From assembly GCA_963786955.1 (NCBI GenBank), contig CAWBAT010000006.1:160001-224000 (forward strand): a stretch of DNA of 64,000 bases, given 5' to 3'. Position numbers and translations under genes: made by a program. Source of the stretch: an uncultured Acidimicrobiia bacterium (lineage in GTDB: Bacteria; Acidobacteriota; Terriglobia; Versatilivoradales; Versatilivoraceae). This document shows positions 54,701 through 64,000 of the stretch, one piece after another. The notes beneath the pieces are model-generated. The model saw only the letters and a list, made by a program, of their open reading frames with translations. It was not told where the DNA came from and ran no database searches. Within the stretch, counting starts at the first letter, position 1. Each line of letters begins with the position of its first letter.

Positions 54701-57700
54701 TCCGGTGGATCAAGTTCGGGTGGTTCCAGCTCAGGTGGATCTAGTTCTGGTGGATCTAGTTCTGGCGGATCGAGTTCGGGTGGGTCGAGTTCTGGAGGTT
54801 CAAGTTCCGGAGGCTCTAGCTCCGGTGGTTCTAGCTCCGGTGGATCCAGTTCTGGCGGATCGAGTTCGGGCGGATCGAGTTCGGGAGGGTCGAGTTCTGG
54901 AGGTTCAAGTTCCGGTGGATCCAGTTCCGGAGGCTCTAGCTCCGGCGGGTCCAGTTCTGGTGGATCGAGTTCGGGTGGGTCGAGTTCTGGAGGTTCAAGT
55001 TCCGGTGGATCCAGTTCCGGAGGCTCTAGCTCCGGCGGGTCCAGTTCGGGTGGATCAAGCTCGGGTGGATCGAGTTCTGGCGGATCGAGCTCGGGTGGGT
55101 CGAGTTCTGGAGGTTCAAGTTCCGGTGGATCAAGTTCGGGTGGTTCCAGCTCCGGTGGGTCCAGTTCTGGTGGATCGAGTTCTGGCGGATCGAGTTCGGG
55201 TGGGTCGAGTTCTGGAGGTTCAAGTTCCGGTGGATCCAGTTCCGGAGGCTCTAGCTCCGGCGGGTCCAGTTCTGGCGGTTCCAGCTCAGGCGGTTCCAGC
55301 TCAGGTGGATCGAGCTCAGGTGGATCGAGCTCAGGTGGATCGGCTTCCGGTGGCGGCTCCAGTTCCGGTGGATCAAGTTCGGGTGGTTCCAGCTCAGGTG
55401 GATCCAGCTCAGGCGGATCGGCTTCCGGTGGCGGCTCCAGTTCCGGTGGATCTAGTTCCGGTGGTTCCAGTTCCGGTGGTTCCAGCTCCGGTGGGTCCAG
55501 TTCGGGTGGATCTAGCTCGGGTGGATCTAGCTCGGGTGGATCGAGTTCTGGCGGATCGAGTTCGGGTGGGTCGAGTTCGGGAGGTTCAAGTTCCGGTGGA
55601 TCCAGTTCCGGAGGCTCTAGCTCCGGTGGTTCTAGCTCCGGTGGATCCAGTTCTGGCGGATCGAGCTCCGGCGGGTCCAGTTCGGGAGGCTCTAGCTCCG
55701 GTGGTTCCAGTTCAGGCGGTTCCAGCTCAGGTGGATCGAGCTCAGGTGGATCGAGTTCCGGTGGTTCGAGCTCCGGAGGCTCCAGTTCAGGTGGTTCGAG
55801 CTCCGGAGGCTCCAGTTCAGGTGGATCAAGTTCTGGCGGATCGAGCTCGGGTGGGTCCAGTTCGGGTGGATCAAGTTCGGGTGGTTCGAGCTCCGGTGGC
55901 TCCAGTTCAGGTGGTTCGAGCTCCGGCGGCTCCAGTTCAGGCGGATCGAGCTCGGGTGGGTCCAGTTCGGGCGGATCCAGTTCTGGCGGATCGAGCTCTG
56001 GTGGTTCGAGCTCTGGAGGCTCCAGTTCAGGTGGATCCAGCTCAGGCGGTTCCAGTTCGGGTGGATCGAGCTCGGGTGGGTCCAGTTCGGGCGGATCCAG
56101 TTCGGGTGGCTCAAGTTCCGGCGGTTCCAGCTCAGGTGGATCGAGCTCGGGTGGGTCCAGTTCGGGCGGATCCAGTTCGGGTGGCTCAAGTTCCGGCGGT
56201 TCCAGCTCAGGTGGATCGAGTTCAGGTGGATCGAGCTCAGGTGGATCCGCTTCCGGTGGCGGCTCCAGTTCCGGTGGATCAAGTTCGGGTGGTTCCAGCT
56301 CCGGTGGATCTAGCTCGGGCGGATCGGCTTCCGGTGGCGGTTCCAGTTCCGGTGGATCCAGTTCTGGCGGCTCGAGTTCCGGTGGATCAAGTTCGGGTGG
56401 TTCCAGTTCAGGTGGATCCAGCTCAGGTGGGTCCAGTTCGGGAGGTTCGAGCTCTGGTGGTTCGAGTTCCGGCGGCTCCAGTTCCGGTGGTTCCAGTTCA
56501 GGCGGATCGAGCTCAGGTGGTTCGAGTTCCGGAGGCTCCAGTTCCGGTGGTTCCAGTTCAGGCGGTTCGAGCTCAGGTGGATCGAGTTCCGGTGGTTCGA
56601 GCTCAGGTGGATCGAGTTCCGGTGGTTCGAGCTCCGGAGGCTCCAGTTCCGGCGGCTCCAGTTCAGGCGGTTCGAGCTCAGGTGGATCGAGTTCCGGTGG
56701 TTCGAGCTCCGGAGGCTCCAGTTCCGGCGGTTCCAGCTCAGGTGGATCGAGTTCAGGTGGATCGAGTTCAGGTGGATCGAGCTCGGGTGGTTCCAGCTCA
56801 GGGGGTTCCAGTTCGGGTGGTTCAAGTTCCGGCGGCTCTAGCTCCGGTGGTTCCAGCTCAGGCGGTTCCAGCTCAGGCGGTTCCAGCTCAGGCGGTTCCA
56901 GTTCGGGTGGTTCAAGTTCCGGCGGCTCTAGCTCCGGTGGTTCCAGCTCAGGCGGATCAAGTTCGGGCGGTTCCAGCTCCGGTGGCTCTAGCTCCGGTGG
57001 TTCCAGCTCAGGCGGATCAAGTTCGGGCGGTTCCAGCTCCGGTGGATCAAGTTCGGGCGGTTCCAGCTCGGGTGGTTCCAGTTCGGGTGGTTCAAGTTCC
57101 GGCGGCTCTAGCTCCGGTGGTTCCAGCTCAGGCGGATCAAGTTCGGGTGGATCTAGCTCGGGTGGATCGAGCTCAGGCGGTTCCAGCTCCGGTGGATCAA
57201 GTTCGGGCGGTTCCAGCTCGGGTGGTTCCAGTTCGGGTGGTTCAAGTTCCGGCGGCTCTAGCTCCGGTGGTTCCAGCTCAGGCGGATCAAGTTCGGGTGG
57301 ATCTAGCTCGGGTGGATCGAGCTCAGGCGGTTCCAGCTCGGGCGGGTCGAGTTCTGGAGGCTCCAGTTCAGGTGGATCGAGTTCCGGAGGCTCCAGTTCA
57401 GGTGGATCGAGCTCGGGCGGGTCGAGTTCTGGAGGTTCAAGCTCAGGCGGTTCCAGCTCCGGTGGATCGAGTTCAGGAGGCTCCAGTTCAGGTGGATCGA
57501 GCTCGGGCGGGTCGAGCTCGGGCGGGTCGAGTTCTGGAGGTTCAAGCTCAGGCGGCTCTAGCTCCGGTGGATCCAGCTCGGGTGGTTCGAGCTCTGGTGG
57601 TTCGAGCTCGGGTGGTTCCAGCTCAGGTGGATCTAGTTCCGGTGGATCCAGCTCTGGTGGATCCAGCTCGGGTGGTTCCAGCTCGGGTGGTTCCAGCTCA

Positions 57701-58075
57701 GGTGGATCTAGTTCCGGAGGCTCTAGCTCGGGCGGTTCCAGCTCGGGTGGTTCCAGCTCAGGTGGATCTAGCTCAGGTGGATCGAGCTCGGGCGGGTCGA
57801 GTTCTGGCGGTTCGAGCTCCGGTGGCTCCAGTTCCGGTGGTTCAAGTTCGGGCGGTTCCAGCTCGGGAGGATCCAGTTCGGGCGGATCTAGCTCGGGTGG
57901 GTCGAGTTCTGGAGGTTCAAGCTCAGGTGGATCGAGTTGTGGTGGATCGAGTTCTGGTGGATCTAGCTCGGGTGGCCCCCCCCATTCAGTCCCTGAGCCC
58001 AACAGCCTGATTCTCCTTACATCGGGATTGGGGAGCTATTTAGTCCACAAGTGGAGAAAAAAGAAGAAGCGTTAA
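51757..58075 (+). CDS. Giant PEP-CTERM surface protein (~2,100 aa) with a (GGSSS)n tract; one +1 indel at ~53416
   Basis: N-terminal TM; conserved domain VYPFSVI.GG...YVSYR....YWT...TDG...ARTRCANRIS; Pro-rich linker; GS tract; C-terminal VPEP, TM and basic tail (VPEPNSLILLTSGLGSYLVHKWRKKKKR); ORFs 51757 and 52568 join. Confidence 0.9.
52567..57970 (+). repeat. ~5.4-kb 15-bp coding minisatellite GGN GGN TCN AGY TCN (~360 units)
   Basis: Directly visible; unit count estimated from span/15. Confidence 0.97.
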
Positions 58076-58103
58076 TTACTTGGCCCCAAGATACTAATTC
58101 ATT

Positions 58104-58138
58104 GGCTGGACGCAAGTTGTCCAGCCTTTTATTTTTTT
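58104..58138 (+). terminator. Rho-independent terminator
   Basis: GGCTGGAC-GCAAGTT-GTCCAGCC followed by TTTTATTTTTTT. Confidence 0.85.
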
Positions 58139-58350
58139 GGGAGCTATTTAGCGCTGCGAAAACTTAGCTTCTCTACGCCACATTCCTTCAAACTTGATAA
58201 CTTGTATCCGTTTGATCATTTGTGGCGGTAATGGTCACAAACCAACGGGAGGTGTTTTTTTCATCCATGAATATTTATAAAGTTTTTCTAATGACATACC
58301 GAAAGGAATAAGTCGTACAGAATCTTCACCCTCGTTGGGGGATTTGTTCC

Positions 58351-59505
58351 ATGAGTAATGGGTCAGAGGTATTAACACAAAACATACGAAGCGTGGCCAT
58401 GCCAAACATTTTTGTGCGCTTTCGCGCGTACTTTTCGGGCGTCGCCTTATATGGTATGGCTATTGCGATCTATTCCTTCCTCCCCTACTACCGGGGCTTC
58501 ATCTCCCGTTCGGATTTAGACATCAGTTACTTGCCCGACATTCTCCGGCACACCCTTGGGGTGGCCCTTGCGGTATTGGGTGCAAATACTTATGGACTGA
58601 TCATACATTGTTATATTGGCTACGTTGTTATCGGCTGCTTTTGGTTCCTCTTTTACCCTAGGGCTCGCGAAAATACTCGGACGGTAATTTTCTGGCGCGT
58701 GGCCGGCCGAACCATGAGAGGCTGGCGAGACTTGTTTATGAACCGCAGTATGGCCGTTCCACCCGAGACACAACTTTCGAAAGAGGAAAAGTCAACAATG
58801 CTGTTTTTCCTCGTCAAGTTTTTTTTCGTTCCCGTTATGGTTAACTTTTTTTTCGCCAACCTGGGCACATTTCTCAAAAGCGGGCACAGTCTCCTCTTTG
58901 CGCCCCTGGCGGATTCTGGGGAGGGCAGTAATCGGCTCTTATACTTCACGGTTCTCAATTTCATGCTCATTGTTGACACTGGATTTTTTGTATTCGGTTA
59001 TCTTTTTGAATTTGAGTTGTGGGGGAATGAGTTACGTTCCACAGAGTCAACCATTTTCGGCTGGGTGGTAACCCTGGCCTGCTACCCGCCGCTTAACGGC
59101 CTTGTGACTCATGAGATTGGATGGGGTTCAAGCGACTATGCCGTTTTCCCATCGCCCTTGGCAGCCTCTGTAACCGTGACCGTGAGTCTCGCCCTCTTCT
59201 TCGTCTACACTTGGGCCACGGTGTCATTAGGGCTCAAAGCGAGTAACTTAACTAACCGCGGCATCGTCAAAACCGGGCCATACGCCTATGTCCGTCACCC
59301 GGCTTACATTACCAAAAATCTGCACTGGTTGGTAATGGGCCTGCCACTGATTGCCGTCAATTGGGTCGCTGCCCTCTCGATTCCCGGCTGGGAAGCGATC
59401 TACTTCCTCCGCGCCGTTACGGAAGAACGGCACCTGCTGGCCGACCCTCAATACCAAACCTATTGCAAGAAAGTTCCCTACCGCTTTATCCCAGGGGTTA
59501 TTTGA
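58351..59505 (+). CDS. Isoprenylcysteine carboxyl methyltransferase (ICMT/PEMT)-family membrane protein
   Basis: Multiple TMs; SNLTNRGIVKTGPYAYVRHPAY, RAVTEERHL and Y..YCKKVPYRFIP motifs. Confidence 0.85.
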   Translation: MSNGSEVLTQNIRSVAMPNIFVRFRAYFSGVALYGMAIAIYSFLPYYRGFISRSDLDISYLPDILRHTLGVALAVLGANTYGLIIHCYIGYVVIGCFWFLFYPRARENTRTVIFWRVAGRTMRGWRDLFMNRSMAVPPETQLSKEEKSTMLFFLVKFFFVPVMVNFFFANLGTFLKSGHSLLFAPLADSGEGSNRLLYFTVLNFMLIVDTGFFVFGYLFEFELWGNELRSTESTIFGWVVTLACYPPLNGLVTHEIGWGSSDYAVFPSPLAASVTVTVSLALFFVYTWATVSLGLKASNLTNRGIVKTGPYAYVRHPAYITKNLHWLVMGLPLIAVNWVAALSIPGWEAIYFLRAVTEERHLLADPQYQTYCKKVPYRFIPGVI

Positions 59506-59738
59506 CAAGAGTCAGGCGGTCATCTCACGCCCAACAAGTTTTTCAAAAACTAGTTTTCGTTGAAAATCTACAGTTTCTCATTTTCCCTCCCACCGAAATT
59601 CATCCACCTTTTCCTCTACTCTCCCGAACGAATATTTGCCACTAACGGCCTCCGAGGTTGAACTTGCTATTCCCCCGGGTTTGTAGAATAATTCAGTAAC
59701 ATTCAGGCTAAGCGGCTAGAGTGGTTCTTCAGTGGGAC

Positions 59739-60677
59739 ATGACCTTGGCAATGATAAGAACGAATATTCGATTTTCCAGACATCCAGACTGGTTGCGAGT
59801 TCGCTTCCCGGGCGGTGAGAATTTCCACGATTTGAAGCGCTTGTCAAGAATCACTCTTTACATACTGTCTGTGAGAGCGCCCAATGCCCGAATATTGGTG
59901 AATGCTGGGACAAAGGGAACGGCTACTTTCATGATCCTGGGGAATATTTGCACCCGGCGCTGTGGTTTTTGTGCCGTCACAACCGGACGGCCCCTTAATT
60001 ACGACCGGGATGAGCCCTTGCGCGTAGCCAGAGCCGTCCAGATCTTAAACTACGACATGCCGTCATTACATCGGTGGATCGCGATGACCTCGAAGATGAA
60101 GGCTCTCATGTCTTTGCAGAGACGATCCGCAGGATCCACGAAATCAATCCTGCCACAAAAGTCGAAGTACTGGTTCCGGACTTCAAGTCATCTCTAAGAA
60201 ATCTTGAAATTGTCATCAAGGCGGCCCCAGACGTATTGGCCCATAATCTGGATACTGTTCCGCGCCTTTACCCCAAAGTTAAACCAAAATCCTCTTACAA
60301 ACTCCTTGGAGCTGTTACGACACACGAAGAGGATGTCAGCCACAATGACCACAAAAGCGGGTTTCATGCTGGGTTTAGGGGAGGAGATTGAAGAAATTTA
60401 TGAGGGCATGGATGACGTTCTAGAGGCAGGAGTCGATATTTTGACGATCGGCCAGTATCTGAGGCCCTCTTTGAAACATCTTCCGCTTTTAAAGCATTAT
60501 CATCCCGACGAGTTTAAGGAATTGAAGCAAATCGGCGAACGCAAAGGGATCCCCCACGTTGAATCCGGGCCTCTGGTTCGAAGTTCCTATCATGCCGCCG
60601 AGCAAGTAGATGAATTGCTGGATCGGAGTGTTTCAAATCTTTTTCCTATTTTTCCAGCCGAACCATCAACCCATTAA
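59739..60677 (+). CDS. lipA: Lipoyl synthase (frameshifted)
   Basis: [37 protein letters not shown] and [11 protein letters not shown] motifs. Confidence 0.92.
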
Positions 60678-61305
60678 GATCAAGTTTTCGAAGATCATTC
60701 CTTGTTTGTAGGGCTTCCTGCTCGTTTTTGAATCTACCGACCATCACACGGAACAACTTTCCGTCATGACTCTTGTACTCTTCCACCAAGACAGGCGAAT
60801 ACTTTTGACTGAGTTCCCGTTGCAACTTGATGGCATTGCCTTTCTCCCGGAATGATCCAACCTGGATCGAAATCGGATAAGGATTCGGAACCACCTTCAG
60901 AAGCTCCAAGCGTACCTTCGCCGTCCCTGGCCCAACCATGTCAATCGTACGAGCGGAAGCATAGGAAAGATCAATGATTCGATCTTTCACAAAGGGACCT
61001 CGATCATTAATCCTGACTGTAACTTCCTTCCCGTTCTCAAGATTATTGACCTTTACGACTGTATCGAAGGCCAGCGTGCGATGCGCTGCCGTCATTTCAA
61101 ATTTATTGTAAATTTCCCCATTCGACGTACGTCGCCCATGATACGGATCTCCATACCAAGAAGCATAACCGACCGGCTCTTCAAGCGTTCCGCTGCCCGA
61201 TGCGGGAGCCGTGTCAACCGGGAGGGCTCACATGAACCTTTTTCTTGTGCAGCCGATGGGAAGTCCGCAAAGCAATAACGAAATCAGGAGAACAATTTTT
61301 TTCAT
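60646..61305 (-). CDS. rlpA: Septal ring lytic transglycosylase RlpA with SPOR domain (frameshifted)
   Basis: Lipoprotein signal MKKIVLL...PIGC; [13 protein letters not shown] and INDRGPF motifs; SPOR (IQVGSF). Confidence 0.88.
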
Positions 61306-61411
61306 CGTTCATGGAAGTGTTTACGGTTAGAAGGGAGACAAGCTGTGGTGCCTTAGCGTAATCCGGGTGGGGGCGAGTGAACGAGATCAACAGACGAAAC
61401 CCAATTCCCAA

Positions 61412-63224
61412 TTAGGTATTGTCGGCAAATGGGAGCGTGAATGAAAAAGTACTCCCAACATTGAGCTCACTTTCAACCCAAATCTTCCCTGAATGGGCTT
61501 CAACCATCTGCTTGACGATGTACAGACCTAAACCTGTTCCACGAATATGGCGAGAAGCCTCATTCTTGATCCGATAGAATTTCTTGAAAAGATTCGGCAT
61601 CTCTTCCTCGGGAATCCCAAACCCGTGATCCTGCACACTGACCACAACACAGCGTGCAGATCCAATCCGGTTGAGTCGAGATGACGATTTCTTTCCCCGC
61701 GTTCGAATACTTGATGGCATTGGTGATCAAATTGTCCAGAATTTCGTGCAATCTGAGCTTGTCTGCCCGCACCTTCGGAAGGTCCTTGGCGAAGTTTCTT
61801 TGCGATGGGAGTTTCATGTTGGTGGATGGCAGCCAAGATTCTCTATCGGGTAGACAAGATCTACGTCTTCCAAGTTCAATTCGATGATTCCAGACTCAAT
61901 CTTCGAGATCGCCAGAGTATCTTCGATTAAGCGCGCCATCATTCGGGTCTGGGAAACGATCTCCTGTAAGATGGAGCTCCAGTTTTCACCTAATCGATTC
62001 GGACCATCCATCAGAATCTCCGCATATCCCGAGATGACGGTAAGCGGGGATTTCAGATCATGGGAAATAATATGTAGCAAGTCCGATTTCAGGTTGCTTA
62101 GTTTCTTGAGTTGCTCGTTGGCATCATTGATTTGTCCGAAGAGGTTCCCATTGTGCAATGAGATCGATGCCAGGTTAGCCAAAGCCTGACAAATTCCCAC
62201 CTCCTTTTCCGCTAAAAGAGCGTCGGAATCCAAATTTGTTGACGACGATAAACCCAACCAGCGCTTCCTTGGCAATCAATGGAATGACCAGAAACGGTGT
62301 CGGTTCCGTCGATTTCAGTTGGTCCGCAACATTTCTGGGAAGAATGCTGCTTTCCGTATTAAACGTCACCGTAGCCTTGCGCGACATCAAGGGTTCAGAC
62401 AATTCAGGATGTTCTGATATTCGAATATTGAAAACGGAGTAATTCTTATTTTCAATGCTCGCCTTGCTATAATAGCGCTTAAGTGTTGCCCGTTCCTGAT
62501 CCTGGCATTGAATGACAGCAAGCCGCGAGTCGGGGATAATCTCCATGAGTCGGTAGGCCAACCCATCGATAATCGAATTTAATTCAAGCGAAGAATTCAA
62601 GTCTTTGCTGGAATCAAGCAGTAGTCCCAAATCCCGTTGCGTTTGATTGACCTCACTAAAAAGCCGGCCATTTTCAATCGCGATCCCCAATTGGCCTGCG
62701 ACAGTCTGAATTTCAGAGATTTGGACAGATCGCATACTTATCGACAAGTCACAAGCGACATATAGAACCGCAAAGGGCTCTCCCGCAATATTAACTGGAA
62801 CATAGACTTCCCGCACAGCCTGGCCGACTAAGCGTTTCATCCAGATTTTCTTTGGAGACGGCCACAATTTGTACTTCCCCTGTCCGGGCACATTTCCCCA
62901 GTAGACCGGTATTCAGATTTTTTCTGAAATGTGCCGGTATCATTCCGATAAATTCTCCACTCTGGGCCTTCAAGACCAGATCGGAATACTGGTAATCAAT
63001 CAAGAAGACGGCAACATGCCGGAATCCCATAGCAAAGCGGATCGCGTCAACTGCCACTTTGTAAATCTCATCCTGGTCTAGAGCAGAAAGCACCACGCGA
63101 CCAATCTCGTTGAAAAGATTCAGTCTCCGCAGAGATTTCTGCCTCGATACGCCGTTCTTCTTCACTGATCGCAGGAGGATGAGTTGATTCTCCCGAAAAT
63201 GTCATATTCGTTCATATCGTCCAT
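61412..63224 (-). CDS. Cytoplasmic GAF-GAF sensor histidine kinase (frameshifted)
   Basis: GAF signatures ([12 protein letters not shown]); [20 protein letters not shown] and [10 protein letters not shown] motifs. Confidence 0.85.
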
Positions 63225-63501
63225 CGACGCTAATTTGCCGACTGAAAAAACACTTTCCCCTTAACCTTCTTCTCTGCCTTTTCTATATAAGACATTAGCA
63301 CTTTTTGACCGTATCCCAAAATCTCTGAGGGTGTTGGGGCTTCCGCCCCAAAATCCCCTTTAGTTTCGGATACTCTTACACTTTTCTATCTTTAACTCAA
63401 CGGAAATGGAATCAAGTCCCGTTTCCTCATCGACAAGAGAGGCCGACACCCTTTCAAATGAATGAGGATCCTACGATCGCATCTCCACTTTTCGCAATGG
63501 G

Positions 63502-64000
63502 CTATTGGTCAAACTCTCGGCGCCAAAATGCCTCGAGTTTTTCTTGCTTGTCTAGGTCTGATAGACGGTTGGTTTCGAGCCTACAATAGGTTTCACGACC
63601 CAGGCGATCTTTGATCTTTTGCACTTCGCCGCTTCGTTCAATAAGCAGCGTAAATTCATCCCCCGGCTGCATCTCACTCCGGCACTTGACTAAATCAACC
63701 GGTCTCAGGATCCGTTGATTATTAATCGAGATAATTTTGTCACCCACCCAAAGTCTTCTGTCGTCCCCCTCCGGCTTTACTTTGATCCGCTCAACCTGAA
63801 AATTTTCATTGAGGTCAAATGACCAGCCCCCCAATTCCTTCATTTCAAATACCAGTCCAAAAGGCTTCAACCTTTTAGAAAGGTCATCGGTGTCACCCTT
63901 GGGGAAGACAAATCTCTGCTGGATGAGAAATCCTGTATCGTGCAAAAGACTCCGAGGGGGATCGCCTTCTACGATTTTTTCAAAGACCACAGAGTTCGTT
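63502..64000 (-). CDS. 3' end of a PDZ-containing protein, probably an M61-family peptidase (partial)
   Basis: PDZ-like VGDKIISINNQRI...GDEFTLLIERSG; runs off the window edge. Confidence 0.55.
   Translation of the reverse strand, partial: TNSVVFEKIVEGDPPRSLLHDTGFLIQQRFVFPKGDTDDLSKRLKPFGLVFEMKELGGWSFDLNENFQVERIKVKPEGDDRRLWVGDKIISINNQRILRPVDLVKCRSEMQPGDEFTLLIERSGEVQKIKDRLGRETYCRLETNRLSDLDKQEKLEAFWRREFDQ

Noticed and set aside
52567-57970. CRISPR array or synthetic linker contamination
   Set aside because: No repeat-spacer structure or cas genes; the tract is continuous with a natural head domain and PEP-CTERM tail and shows nested duplications
53368-58002. 1544-aa antisense (PPELE/D)n ORF
   Set aside because: Automatic consequence of the sense repeat; TTG start, no signal or anchor; the codon asymmetry favours the sense GGSSS frame
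53454-58010. 1518-aa alternative + frame ORF (VDRAQ/VVPAP-like)
   Set aside because: A shifted frame of the repeat that cannot contain stops; its amino acids vary with the wobble bases of the real frame
58031-58151. 13-bp direct repeat GGGAGCTATTTAG around the gene end and terminator
   Set aside because: Short, with no mobile element between the copies; chance or a small local duplication

Overview
Bacterial chromosomal window, most likely from an Acidobacteriota member (acidobacterial-type VWA protein, stand-alone Clp D2 ATPase, PEP-CTERM protein family). Many housekeeping genes carry single-base frameshifts, which probably reflect long-read indel errors. Left end (1-5044): an accessory patch with SDR and IS remnants, an internally deleted RAYT (Y1 HUH) transposase between inverted repeats, fucP-like MFS, NmrA and DUF5602-like genes, closed by a degenerate tRNA-Thr 3' half with an IHF site. 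6.2-20.7 kb: an unusually elaborate K+ homeostasis locus with KdpE-box promoter, small ORFs, kdpFABC, a USP-like gene, a membrane histidine kinase lacking its phospho-His, a split kdpD, kdpE, then a c-di-AMP riboswitch, a leader membrane peptide and a KimA-like transporter. Middle: secreted protein, URO-D family protein, bioB, Clp-like AAA, mini cytochrome c, dtd, B12 acyl-CoA mutase, NupC, VWA, ComEA, a pst operon with a PhoU-pseudo-ArsC fusion and two complementarily degenerate PstB ATPases, MacAB-like ABC exporter, acyP, ispF, TPR, esterase-propeller fusion, DMT, MFS. 51.7-58.1 kb: a PEP-CTERM surface protein of about 2,100 aa, mostly a (GGSSS)n tract of about 360 units with diversified synonymous codons. 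Right end: ICMT-family methyltransferase, lipA, rlpA, GAF histidine kinase, partial PDZ/M61-like gene. No CRISPR array, rRNA or intact tRNA was seen.
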